Below, one piece after another: positions 43,361 to 52,706 of a stretch of 64,000 bases of DNA. Position numbers and translations under genes: made by a program. Source of the stretch: Chloroflexota bacterium (GTDB lineage Bacteria > Chloroflexota > Dehalococcoidia > Dehalococcoidales > SURF-40); the NCBI GenBank assembly GCA_043803245.1, contig JAZDKE010000013.1, forward strand, positions 4,142 through 68,141. Direction: 5' to 3'. Within the stretch, counting starts at the first letter, position 1, and every line of letters starts with the position of its first letter. The notes below the pieces were generated by a model that worked only from the letters and a program-made list of their open reading frames with translations, was not told the DNA's origin and did not search any database.

Positions 43361-44581
43361 TTACCCGAAAAGACGTTTCATTCTGGCGGCCAGACGCCAC
43401 AGCTGATAACCAAACAGACTGCCCTTCCAGCTCTGCTTGCGGTCGTTCTTCGTTCCCCAGAGCATGAGACCAACGCTGGTGGCATAGCAGGGGTTAAGCA
43501 ATGTGTCGGAGATGCCGTTCAAGTTGCGAGGGATACCGACACGCACCGGCATTTGCAGCATCTCGCGGCCCAGAGCCGCGATACCGTTCATGTTGGCACC
43601 GCCGCCGGTCAGCACGAGTCCAGCCGGCACCACTGATTCGTAGTCCCCGCTGGGCAACTCCAGATAGATAAGCCTTAAAATCTCCTCGACTCTGGCCCGG
43701 ATGATATCACAGAGGTCATGATAAGATACGCCATGCCCATCCTGTGACATCTCGGGTGGCGGCTCGCTGGCACCATCTTTAACCGGCATAACCGAGGCGT
43801 AACGTTTCTTCATCTCCTCGGCGACATCGAAGGGAAGGCCGAGACCGATGGCCACATCTCTGGTAAGTTGATAACCGGCTACCGGTAATATGGAGGTATG
43901 CCAGATGCTGCCCTCGCGGAAAATGGCGATATCGGTAGTGCCGCCACCGATGTCAGCCATAATTACCCCGATTTGCTTTTCATCCTCAGAAAGAATGGCC
44001 TCGCCTGAAGCCAGCGGTTCCAGAACCAGGTCGTCGATGTCCACGCCGATGCTGCGAACACACTTCACCAGGTTCTGGACCGAAGTCGCCGCCGCGGTTA
44101 TGACGTGGGTCTCGACATCCAGCCGGAAGCCGTGCATGCCCACCGGGTTCTTGACGCCAACCTGCCCATCAACGGTGTAGTTGCGGGGAATTACGTGGAT
44201 CAGCCGGCGGTCAGGGGAGACTTTGACGCTGCGCGCCGAGTCCAGTACCCGCTTAAGGTCATCGGCGCGCACCAGCCGGTCGTTGCGGGTAATAGCCACC
44301 ACCCCCTGGTTATTGGTTGAGGCCACGTGTCTGCCGGTGACCCCGACATAGGCCGATTCAACCCGGCTGCCGCTGGCCTGTTCCGCTCTCTTCACCGATT
44401 CCCGAATCGACTCCCTGGCATCAGCAATATTGACGACCAGACCTTTAGCCAATCCTTTGCTCGGCGTGATTCCGACCCCCAGCACCCGGAGACCACCATT
44501 ACCATCGGTATCAGCGATAATGGTACAGACCTTGGTGGTGCCAACATCGATAGCCGCTACCGTCGTATGATTTCTCATCAT
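43361..44581 (-). CDS. ftsA: Cell division protein FtsA
   Basis: 406-aa actin-like ATPase with AIDVGTTKV and DIGGGTTDIAIF motifs. Confidence 0.92.
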   Translation of the reverse strand: MMRNHTTVAAIDVGTTKVCTIIADTDGNGGLRVLGVGITPSKGLAKGLVVNIADARESIRESVKRAEQASGSRVESAYVGVTGRHVASTNNQGVVAITRNDRLVRADDLKRVLDSARSVKVSPDRRLIHVIPRNYTVDGQVGVKNPVGMHGFRLDVETHVITAAATSVQNLVKCVRSIGVDIDDLVLEPLASGEAILSEDEKQIGVIMADIGGGTTDIAIFREGSIWHTSILPVAGYQLTRDVAIGLGLPFDVAEEMKKRYASVMPVKDGASEPPPEMSQDGHGVSYHDLCDIIRARVEEILRLIYLELPSGDYESVVPAGLVLTGGGANMNGIAALGREMLQMPVRVGIPRNLNGISDTLLNPCYATSVGLMLWGTKNDRKQSWKGSLFGYQLWRLAARMKRLFG

Positions 44582-44671
44582 CCCTCCTTAATTTCCGGAA
44601 TTTCCGGTAATAGATTTATCTCCCGATTGGAGCGATAACTTTTTTGCATTTTTCACATGCTGGCCCCCCTC

Positions 44672-45751
44672 TCACGTCCGGATATTGCTTACCTCGAGAG
44701 CCAGAAACGTCCGCCGCAGTTTTTCCATCAGAACCGGCTTCCGCCAGGCCCTTGAGCCGTTTCCGGCCATGATGTTCAGGTAATCGGCGAAATTTTCCTC
44801 GGCCACCGCAATCCGTTCCGCTGCTCTCAGCCGGGCACTGCGACTCCGCGGATTACGCTTTATCTCAAGCGGTGATGGTCGGAATACCTTCCGGGAAAGC
44901 ATCCTCAGGGTGGCCTGATGGTGACAGACACAATCCAGCACCCGTGGCGGGCAAACACAATCGGCGGCTTCCCGCTGCATAAAGCGTTTCACGATGCGGT
45001 CCTCCAGAGAGTGGTAGCTGATGACCACCAGCCTGCCCTCAAAACCGAGGATTTCGACGGCCTGCTTCAAGGCCTGTTCCAACTGCTCCAGCTCCCGGTT
45101 AACCACGATGCGCAGCGCCTGGAAAGTCCTGGTGGCGGGATGTATGCGACCGCGTCCCGGGCCGACCACCGTCTCAACCAGGCGCGCCAGCTCCAGGGTG
45201 GTGCTCAGGGGACGCTCCGCTACGACCCGATGGGCAATCTGGCGGCTAAAGGTTTCCTCGCCGTATTCCCTGAGGACCCTTTCCAGTTCAGCCTCGGAGC
45301 AGCCGTTAATAATATCGGCGGCGGTAGTTTCCTGGTCGGGATGGCGGCGCATATCCAGCGGGGCAGCCAGCTGGAAACTGAAACCTCGCTGGCGGTCAGC
45401 CAGTTGCAGAGAGGAAAGCCCCAGGTCAAACAGGATGCCGTGCACCGGCAGGAAATCATAGCGCAGGCAGATGTCCTTCAAATTTGCAAAATGGTCGCAG
45501 ACTAAAAGCAGGGAGTCGCGGTAGTTTTTGAGGCTTTCACTGGCGGCGGCGATGGCCCCGGGGTCGGCGTCAATACCGAGCAACTGCCCCCCCGGAGAAC
45601 TGTGCTCCAGGATGGCGGCGGCGTGCCCCCCCATGCCTATGGTGGCGTCAACGTAGCGCCCCCCCGGCAAAACGGCCATCGCCTGTACGGCCTCCTCAAG
45701 CAATACCGGTTCGTGCTTCAACGGTCTTCCAGACCCTCCGCAATCTGCCAT
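44672..45751 (-). CDS. rsmH: 16S rRNA (cytosine1402-N4)-methyltransferase
   Basis: 359-aa ORF with [16 protein letters not shown] and SLEDRIVK motifs. It has a ~45-aa C-terminal extension, and the start is uncertain because it overlaps mraZ. Confidence 0.88.
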   Translation of the reverse strand: MADCGGSGRPLKHEPVLLEEAVQAMAVLPGGRYVDATIGMGGHAAAILEHSSPGGQLLGIDADPGAIAAASESLKNYRDSLLLVCDHFANLKDICLRYDFLPVHGILFDLGLSSLQLADRQRGFSFQLAAPLDMRRHPDQETTAADIINGCSEAELERVLREYGEETFSRQIAHRVVAERPLSTTLELARLVETVVGPGRGRIHPATRTFQALRIVVNRELEQLEQALKQAVEILGFEGRLVVISYHSLEDRIVKRFMQREAADCVCPPRVLDCVCHHQATLRMLSRKVFRPSPLEIKRNPRSRSARLRAAERIAVAEENFADYLNIMAGNGSRAWRKPVLMEKLRRTFLALEVSNIRT

Positions 45752-46143
45752 GCCTGCTCACGAGCCTGGGACTTTTCTTCTTCCCAGCGCTGCCGGTCCC
45801 AAAGCTCAAAGTAATTGTTAGCGCCGGCGATGATGATTTCCTCCTGAATGCCGGCGTGAAGTCTTAAAGAAGCGGGCAGAGCAATCCTGCCCTGACCGTC
45901 AAGGTTGATACTGTAAGCGGAAGCGAACAGGGCACGGCTCAACCTTCTTAGTTTGCTCCGGGAGGGAATCGCGGAAGTGAGCCCCTGGGAGATTCTCTTC
46001 CATTCCGGGATGGTGTAGGCGACGATGCACGGCTCGAAACCGGCGGCCAGCACCACCCCACCCCTGAGCTGAACACGGAACCTGGGCGGAACCGGCACCC
46101 GACCCTTTTCGTCCACCTTGTACTCGAATTCGCCTAAGAACAT
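45718..46143 (-). CDS. mraZ: Transcriptional regulator MraZ
   Basis: [19 protein letters not shown].. and ..DGQGRIALP are the two DXXXR-type repeats. The start is set at 46143, downstream of the promoter and MraZ boxes. Confidence 0.88.
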   Translation of the reverse strand: MFLGEFEYKVDEKGRVPVPPRFRVQLRGGVVLAAGFEPCIVAYTIPEWKRISQGLTSAIPSRSKLRRLSRALFASAYSINLDGQGRIALPASLRLHAGIQEEIIIAGANNYFELWDRQRWEEEKSQAREQAWQIAEGLEDR

Positions 46144-46182
46144 CGCCCGCCCCTTAGCAAACAGCAAATAGTAGATAGGTAT

Positions 46183-46217
46183 CCCACTATCTACCACTTC
46201 CTACCATTTTAGACCAC
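46183..46217 (-). promoter_or_regulatory. Four MraZ-box-like GTGGN repeats at exact 10-bp spacing
   Basis: The plus strand shows CCCAC (46183), ACCAC (46193), ACCAT (46203) and ACCAC (46213). These read as GTGGT/ATGGT/GTGGT/GTGGG on the mraZ strand and overlap the -10 element and 5' UTR. Confidence 0.6.
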
Positions 46218-46233
46218 TTTAGATTTTTGTCAA
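46206..46233 (-). promoter_or_regulatory. Sigma70-like promoter of the mraZ operon
   Basis: On the minus strand: TTGACA (46228-46233), a 16-nt spacer, then TAAAAT (46206-46211). Confidence 0.55.
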
Positions 46234-46284
46234 GTAGTTTTCCCGGGATTTTAAAAAAAAAATGCTTAAATTTGCCGGACATAT

Positions 46285-46313
46285 TTGGCCTGTCGGCCTA
46301 AATGTGCTAAAAT
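46285..46313 (+). promoter_or_regulatory. Sigma70-like promoter (divergent) for the mog-trmD side
   Basis: TTGGCC (46285-46290), a 17-nt spacer, then TGcTAAAAT (extended -10, 46308-46313). Confidence 0.45.
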
Positions 46314-46351
46314 GATTTTCGTTTTGGTGATAATCCGGATTGGTGAACCAG

Positions 46352-46855
46352 ATGCTCAGAATCGGTATCCTTACCATCAGCGACAAAGGGTCGCGGGGCG
46401 AACGCGAGGACTTAAGCGGCCCGGCAATAAAGGAAAGCCTGGCCCAGATAGCCAGCGTCGTCCAGAGCGACATTGTCCCCGATGAAAAGCCAATCATCAG
46501 CCGAAAGCTGGCCCAGTGGGCGGACAGCGCCAGCCTGGACATAATCCTCACCACCGGCGGCACCGGGCTCGCCGAGCGTGACGTTACCCCGGAAGCCACG
46601 ATGGCCATCCTGGACAAAGAGGTGCCGGGAATCGCTGAGGCGATACGCGCCGGCACCCTGCGCCACACCCCGATGGCAATGCTGAGCCGGGCGGTTAGCG
46701 GCGTGCGGGCAAAGTGCCTGATTATCAACCTGCCGGGCAGTCCCCGGGCGGTAAGGGAGTGCCTGGAAGTGGTCCGGCCAGCCCTGTCCCACGCGGTGGA
46801 GATTATCACCGGCAAGGTGACGGAACACGCCCCGCCGTCGAAAGAGAAGGGCTAA
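46352..46855 (+). CDS. Molybdenum cofactor biosynthesis protein (MogA/MoaB family)
   Basis: [14 protein letters not shown].. and the ILTTGGTG motif. The track ORF starts at GTG 46340. Confidence 0.85.
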   Translation: MLRIGILTISDKGSRGEREDLSGPAIKESLAQIASVVQSDIVPDEKPIISRKLAQWADSASLDIILTTGGTGLAERDVTPEATMAILDKEVPGIAEAIRAGTLRHTPMAMLSRAVSGVRAKCLIINLPGSPRAVRECLEVVRPALSHAVEIITGKVTEHAPPSKEKG

Positions 46856-46859
46856 TATT

Positions 46860-47603
46860 TTGCGCATTGATATTTTGACCCTGTTCCCGGAGATGTTCCC
46901 CGGGCCTTTTGGCTCGAGCATCATCAAGCGGGCGCTCGAACAATCTCTGGCGACCATCAAGCTGCATAACCTGCGGGACTACACCCACGACGCCCACCGC
47001 ACCGTGGACGACAGCCCTTACGGCGGCGGCGCCGGCATGGTCTTAAAACCGGAGCCGGTCTTTGAAGCGGTGGCCGCGATAAAGTCCAATATTGAAAAGC
47101 AGGAAACCTCACCGGAAACCAGCGTCATCCTGCTCACCCCCCAGGGCCGTCTCTTCCGTCAGGAAATTGCCCGAGAGCTCGCCGGCCACCGGAACCTGAT
47201 TTTAATTTCGGGCCACTACGAGGGGATTGACGAAAGGGTGCGCTACCTGGCCGATGATGAAATCAGCATCGGCGACTACGTCCTGAGCGGCGGCGAGCTG
47301 CCAGCGATGGTGCTGGTCGATGCCGTGGTCCGGCTCCTGCCCGATGTCCTGGGCTCGCCGTCATCACTGCTCGAAGAATCCCACAACGCCGGCCTGCTGG
47401 AATACCCGCAGTACACCCGCCCGCCCGAGTATCAGGGCTGGAAAGTGCCCGAAGTCCTGCTCTCGGGAAACCACCAGGAAATCGCCCGCTGGCGCCGCAA
47501 GCAGGCCATCGAGCGCACCCTGGAACGCCGGCCGGAGCTGCTTGCCAAAGCCAGTCTCTCTCCCAAAGAAAGGGAGATGTTTAACGGTCAAGTCTTAATT
47601 TAA
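46860..47603 (+). CDS. trmD: tRNA (guanine37-N1)-methyltransferase
   Basis: 247-aa ORF with a TTG start. Patterns [13 protein letters not shown].. and [21 protein letters not shown] match TrmD. Confidence 0.92.
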   Translation: MRIDILTLFPEMFPGPFGSSIIKRALEQSLATIKLHNLRDYTHDAHRTVDDSPYGGGAGMVLKPEPVFEAVAAIKSNIEKQETSPETSVILLTPQGRLFRQEIARELAGHRNLILISGHYEGIDERVRYLADDEISIGDYVLSGGELPAMVLVDAVVRLLPDVLGSPSSLLEESHNAGLLEYPQYTRPPEYQGWKVPEVLLSGNHQEIARWRRKQAIERTLERRPELLAKASLSPKEREMFNGQVLI

Positions 47604-47619
47604 GCCGGAGTTTTAAGAA
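47577..47619 (+). repeat. Direct repeat copy 1 (trmD 3' end)
   Basis: ATGTTTAACGGTCAAGTCTTAATTTAAGCCGGAGTTTTAAGAA aligns with 47657-47701. Confidence 0.55.
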
Positions 47620-47656
47620 TAAGAAAAAGTACTTAACCTCTCGCCCAAAGGAAATA

Positions 47657-47701
47657 ATGTTTAACGGCTAAATCATTACTTAATAGCAGGAGTTTTTAGA
47701 A
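47657..47701 (+). repeat. Direct repeat copy 2 (rplS leader)
   Basis: ATGTTTAACGGCTAAATCATTACTTAATAGCAGGAGTTTTTAGAA is an imperfect copy of the trmD 3' end. It ends at the rplS start codon. Confidence 0.55.
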
Positions 47702-48064
47702 ATGAGTACCGAACCTCAGGCAGAAGTCGCCACAAAACCAGAAATCCCACCCCTCAGCCCGGGCGATACCGTAAAGGTGAGCTCAAGGATTATCGAGGGG
47801 GAAAAGGAACGCGTCCAGGTCTTTCAGGGTGTCGTCATCCGCAGGAAGCAGGGCGGCGTCGGGGCCACCTTCACCGTGAGGCGCGTGTCCCACGGTGTCG
47901 GCGTCGAGCGCACCTTTCCCGTTAACTCGCCCCTGGTGGAAAAGGTTGAGGTGATGCGCCACGGCAAGGTGCGCCGCGCCAAACTCTACTACCTGCGCGG
48001 CTTAAGCGCCAAACGGGCCCGCATCAAGGAAAGACGGGTAGAAAAGGCCCAGGAGCCGGAGTAG
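47702..48064 (+). CDS. rplS: 50S ribosomal protein L19
   Basis: 120-aa ORF with the L19 pattern ..GDTVKV...I.EG.KERVQVF.GVVI.R...G...TFTVR... Confidence 0.93.
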   Translation: MSTEPQAEVATKPEIPPLSPGDTVKVSSRIIEGEKERVQVFQGVVIRRKQGGVGATFTVRRVSHGVGVERTFPVNSPLVEKVEVMRHGKVRRAKLYYLRGLSAKRARIKERRVEKAQEPE

Positions 48065-48085
48065 CGCCACCCGCAGGAGCGAAGA

Positions 48086-50520
48086 ATGCGGTACGCTGAG
48101 GTCAGCGTTAACTCATCCCTGGCCCAGCGCCGGTCATTCAGCTACGAAATCCCCCCGGGCAGGGACGTTAGCGTCGGCCAGGCGGTGTGGGTGCCTTTCG
48201 GTGAAAGGACCCTCCAGGGCATCGTCATGGCTCTTAGCTTAACCCCGGCGGTCGCCGAAGTCCGCGAGATTATCGCGCCCATGAGCCCGCCGCTGGTGCT
48301 GCCCCAGACACGGGTGGAACTGGCCCGCTGGTTAAGCGAATATTATCTCTGCCCCCTCTTCGAAGCCGTCGCCTTGATGCTGCCGCCGGGCTTCGAACGC
48401 CAGTCCCTTACCTGCCTCTCCTTAAACCCGGATGCCGCCGAATCCCAGCCGGCTTCTTTGAACGAGGCGCAAAGCCAGGTCCTGGAACTGGTCAGGAGCC
48501 GCGGCAAGGTGAGCTTAAGACAGTTGGAGAGAGTTCTGGGTAAGAAAAAAACCCAGAGTGCCGTCTCCCAACTGGTGGCACGGAACCGGCTGGTGCGCAG
48601 CTACGAGATGGAACCGGTAAGGTTAAAAGCCAAAAGCGCGCCTTACCTGGAGCTGATTATCCCGGAAAAAGCCGCCCTTGAGGAAGCCGCCAGGCTTCGC
48701 AGCAAGCGGGCCTTCAAGAGGGCCGCCCTGCTGGAACTCCTGGCCTCGTCGCCCGGCCCGACCGCAGCCAGCGTTGCCCGCAAGAAGCTCGGCATCACCG
48801 GGGCGGTTATCAAAGCGCTGGTAGAACGCAGTCTGGTTACGCTGCGCGAAAAACAGATAATCCGCGACCCGCTGGGGCAAATGGCACCGGCCAGCCAGGA
48901 ACCCCCGGCGCTCACCCCGGCCCAGCAAGCCGCCCTTGAAGTCATCGTTGCCAACCTGCGCGGGACACAGAAGCCGCCGAATATTTTCCTGCTCCATGGG
49001 GTTACCGCCAGCGGCAAGACCGAGGTCTACTTAAGGGCGCTTGCCGAGGCGGTCAAACTGGGAAAACGGGGCATTGCGCTGGTGCCCGAGATTTCCCTTA
49101 CTCCCCAGACCATCGAGCGCTTCGCCGCCCGCTTTCCCCGGCGGGTGGCGGTGCTGCACAGCCAGCTTACCCCCGGAGAGCAGTTCGACGAGTGGCACCG
49201 CATCGAAAAAGGCGAGTTCGACGTCGTCGTCGGGCCCAGGAGCGCCTTATTCGCGCCCCAGCCGGAGCTGGGACTTATCATCATTGATGAAGAACACGAA
49301 TGGAGCTATAAGCAGGACACCTCCCCCCGCTACCATGCCCGCGAGGTCGCCCTGGAAATGGCCCGCCAAACCGGGGCGGTGGTGATACTGGGCAGCGCCA
49401 CTCCGGACACCGCCACTTATTACCATGCCCGGCGAGGAGACTACCGGCTTCTGGAGCTTGCGGAACGGGTCGTCCCGGAGCCGGCAGCCCCCCTGCCCCG
49501 GGTCGAGATTGTCGATATGAGAGAAGAACTGAAGGCCGGCCAGCGCAGCCTCTTCAGCCGGAGCCTGAGTGTTGCCCTTGCCGAGACGGTCGCCCGACGG
49601 GAGCAGGCGATTTTGTTCTTGAACCGTCGGGGTGCCGCCAGCTTTGTGCAGTGCCGGGGCTGCGGCTACACTTTCCGCTGCCGGCGCTGCGATGTCACCC
49701 TCACCCACCACCCGGACAAGGACCGCCTGGTCTGCCACCAGTGCCACTACCAGATGGCAGTACCCCAGGCCTGTCCCAGGTGCCGCAGCCGCAATCTAAA
49801 TTTCCTGGGCACCGGCACCCAGAAACTGGAGCGGGAAACCCACCTCGCCTTCCCCCAGGCCCGGCTCCTACGCTGGGACAGCGACGCCACCAGCACCCGG
49901 GGACAACACCAGGTAATCATCGACCGCTTCCGCAGCCACGAGACAGACATTCTCATCGGGACACAAATGGTCGCCAAGGGCCTCGACCTGCCCGGGGTTA
50001 CCCTGGTGGGGGGGTGATAGACGCCGATACCAGCCTCAACCTGCCGGACTTCCGGGCCGGTGAGAGGACCTTTCAACTCCTGAGCCAGGTGGCCGGGCGG
50101 GCCGGCCGCGGTCCGGGCGGGGGCAGGGTCATCATCCAGACCTATTCCCCGCAGCACTACGCCATCAAAGCGGCCTCAGGGCACGACTACGCCCTGTTCT
50201 ATGAAAAGGAAATCGCTTACCGCCGCCTGCTGGGTAACCCGCCCTTCAACCAGCTTGCCCGACTGGTCTACGGCCACCCTAACGATATCCGGGCGCGGCA
50301 GGAAGCTGAAAATCTGAAACGAAAATTGGTTACGGAAATCGCCGCCAGAGGCATCGAGGCAACAACCGTGCTGGGGCCGGCGCCGGCCTTTATCCCGCGG
50401 CTAAGAGGTAGCTACCTTTGGCAACTGGTACTGCGCGGCCGCCAGCTTTCCCGGTTGCTTGGCCAGTTAGACCCGCCCAGGGGATGGGCGGTGGACATTG
50501 ACCCGGTAGGTCTCACCTGA
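48086..50520 (+). pseudogene. priA: Primosomal protein N' (PriA) interrupted by a frameshift in a G7 run
   Basis: Walker A GVTASGKT, IIIDEEHE and Cys-rich zinc fingers. Frame 1 ends ..VTLVGG* at 50017. The C-terminal part (VIDADTSLNLPDFRAGERTFQLL..) continues in another frame to 50520. Confidence 0.8.
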
Positions 50521-50788
50521 CCCCGGCAGCCTCTTCAGCGTAGGGCGCCTCCCGGTGACTCCTGGCACGACCGCTATCACCCGATTTGGGTTCGAGGTAA
50601 AACAGGTCATCGAGACGCCGCTCGGGGAAAGCCTTGATGGCGCCAATGATGAATTTATGGTTGATGCCGCGCTTGCCGTCCTTCACCCGGTAAATCTGGC
50701 TCACGGAGATACCCATCGCCCTGGCCAGTTCCGACAGGCTGGGGTATTTCGGGCTGCTCAAATCAAAAACCCGAGTTTTAATAATCAT
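50513..50788 (-). CDS. XRE-family HTH protein
   Basis: 91-aa ORF with the HTH LSELARAMGISVSQIYRVKDGKR. Confidence 0.7.
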   Translation of the reverse strand: MIIKTRVFDLSSPKYPSLSELARAMGISVSQIYRVKDGKRGINHKFIIGAIKAFPERRLDDLFYLEPKSGDSGRARSHREAPYAEEAAGVR

Positions 50789-50815
50789 AACCCACTCCAG
50801 AAGACTATAGACGAA

Positions 50816-50844
50816 ATAGTAGCACTATATTTGCCAGTTGTCAA
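50816..50844 (-). promoter_or_regulatory. Sigma70-like promoter for the 50513-50788 gene
   Basis: On the minus strand: TTGACA (50839-50844), a 17-nt spacer, then TACTAT (50816-50821). Confidence 0.4.
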
Positions 50845-51152
50845 TATCCCATTCTAAAAGCTGGCACGCTACGGTATAAACGTTAATTACGCGCAAATCA
50901 TCAGGCACGTTTTCGGGATTTTTTGCATTAGCGCGATTTATCTCTTTTCATAAACCAAGACTACCCCGAAGTCATCAAGTCCATTATCTAACCGAATAGT
51001 AGCCCCAGTAAATAGTACTTTCCTGTATATTGGGTTAGTAATAACCGCTATCTTATCCGGTGAAAACCCGCAAACTCACCCGGCTTTCGCCAAGTTGAAT
51101 AAGGGAAGTCTTTATTATATAGTAGTCCTTGAATATCAGCGCCGCGAGAAAC

Positions 51153-52706
51153 ATGAAGCTTCCCAGCCGTCTCAAAATTCCGCCAGCCCTGAGAGCAATC
51201 AGCGACTTCCTGGCCGAAAGTCGTACCGAGTCCTATCTGGTGGGTGGGGCTTTACGCGACCTGGTGCTGGGGCGCGAGACTTCCGACCTGGACATCGCCG
51301 TTAAGGGCCAGGCACTGGAAATCGCCCGCAAAGCTGCGACAGCTCTCAACGGCAAGTACGTGGCGCTTGATGAGGCCAACGGCACCGCCAGGGTGCTGCT
51401 GCCCGGTAAACCCGAATGGCAAATCGACTTTACCGGATTCGGTGGCACGATTGAGCAGGACCTTGGGCGTCGCGACTTTACGGTCGGTGCCATGGCCGCG
51501 AATTTAGCCCACATGGGAGCCGGCCCGTCCCCGATTATCGACCCCTATCACGGCCTGGAAGACTTAAGTAACGGCATAATACGCGTCGTGTCGGACGGCA
51601 CCTTCCGAGCCGACCCGCTGCGCCTGCTGCGGGCGGTACGTCTGGCCAGCGAGCTGGGTTTCACCATCGAGCGGCACACCGAAGACTTAATCAAACGCGA
51701 GGCACCCCTCATCAGCCAGTCTGCCGGTGAGCGCCTCAGGGAAGAACTGCTCAGGATATTAGCCCTCCCCTCAAGCGGCCAGCGCTGGGCCTACTTTGAC
51801 CGGCTGGGGCTGGTCACCGAGCTGTTCCCGGAACTGAAATCGGCCCGGGGAATCCGCCAGCCCGAAGAACACCACTGGGATGTCCTGCACCACTCCCTGA
51901 TGACCGAGGCCGCCGCCGGTTTCCTGCTGAGGCAGGGGGAGTGGGAATACGCTTCACCGGATGTTCTTGATGTCGTACCCTGGTCAGCCGAGCTGGCGGC
52001 GCATTTCGAAACCGAAGTCAGCCACGGCAGCACCCGCTCAACCCTGCTCAAACTCGCCGGCCTGCTCCACGACGTGGCCAAGCCGGAGACCAGGGTCGTC
52101 ACCGAAAGCGGCCGCACCCGGTTCCTCGGGCACGCCGACCTGGGGGCCACCGTCACCGCTGATATTCTCATCCGGTTGAGATTCAGCACCAGAGAAGTAA
52201 AGCTGGTCGAGACCCTGGTAAAGTACCACCTCAGGCCGACCCAGATGAGCCAGACCGGGCTGCCCAGCCCCCGCGCCATCTATCGCTACTTCCGCGACAC
52301 TGGAGAGGCCGGTCTGGACACTCTCTACCTGAGCCTGGCAGACCACCTGGCGGCCCGCGGCCCCGGCCTTCTTCGGGCCGAGTGGCGCCGGCACAGCGAA
52401 ACGGTGGCCTACGTCACCCGGCAGCACTTTGAGGCAAACACCCCGGCCAAACCGCCCAGGTTACTCACCGGCCACGACCTTATCGGCACCTTCAACTTAA
52501 GCCCGGGGCCCCGCATCGGTGAAATCCTGGAAGCGGTGCGTGAAGCGACTGCCGCCGGCGAGCTTGCCAGCAAAGCACAGGCCATGGAATACGCCGGCGT
52601 TTTACTGGCGGCACCACCGAAGTCCCGCCGCCACGAGAAGGACAACCGGGAAAGCCGGGGAAAAGTCTTACCTCACACTCCAGAGGAGACCAATGACGAA
52701 GAATAA
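51153..52706 (+). CDS. cca: CCA-adding enzyme / poly(A) polymerase-family tRNA nucleotidyltransferase with HD domain
   Basis: GGALRDLVLGRETSDLDIAV nucleotidyltransferase motif and an HD-type LLHDVAKP motif. The track ORF starts at 51129. Confidence 0.85.
   Translation: MKLPSRLKIPPALRAISDFLAESRTESYLVGGALRDLVLGRETSDLDIAVKGQALEIARKAATALNGKYVALDEANGTARVLLPGKPEWQIDFTGFGGTIEQDLGRRDFTVGAMAANLAHMGAGPSPIIDPYHGLEDLSNGIIRVVSDGTFRADPLRLLRAVRLASELGFTIERHTEDLIKREAPLISQSAGERLREELLRILALPSSGQRWAYFDRLGLVTELFPELKSARGIRQPEEHHWDVLHHSLMTEAAAGFLLRQGEWEYASPDVLDVVPWSAELAAHFETEVSHGSTRSTLLKLAGLLHDVAKPETRVVTESGRTRFLGHADLGATVTADILIRLRFSTREVKLVETLVKYHLRPTQMSQTGLPSPRAIYRYFRDTGEAGLDTLYLSLADHLAARGPGLLRAEWRRHSETVAYVTRQHFEANTPAKPPRLLTGHDLIGTFNLSPGPRIGEILEAVREATAAGELASKAQAMEYAGVLLAAPPKSRRHEKDNRESRGKVLPHTPEETNDEE

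Noticed and set aside
49651-50017. The N-terminal 120 codons of the 289-aa track ORF 49651-50520, as a separate overlapping gene.
   Set aside because: That part is an off-frame Pro/Gly/Arg-rich read-through of priA. Only the segment after about 50014 carries PriA homology, and the ORF is a consequence of the frameshift.
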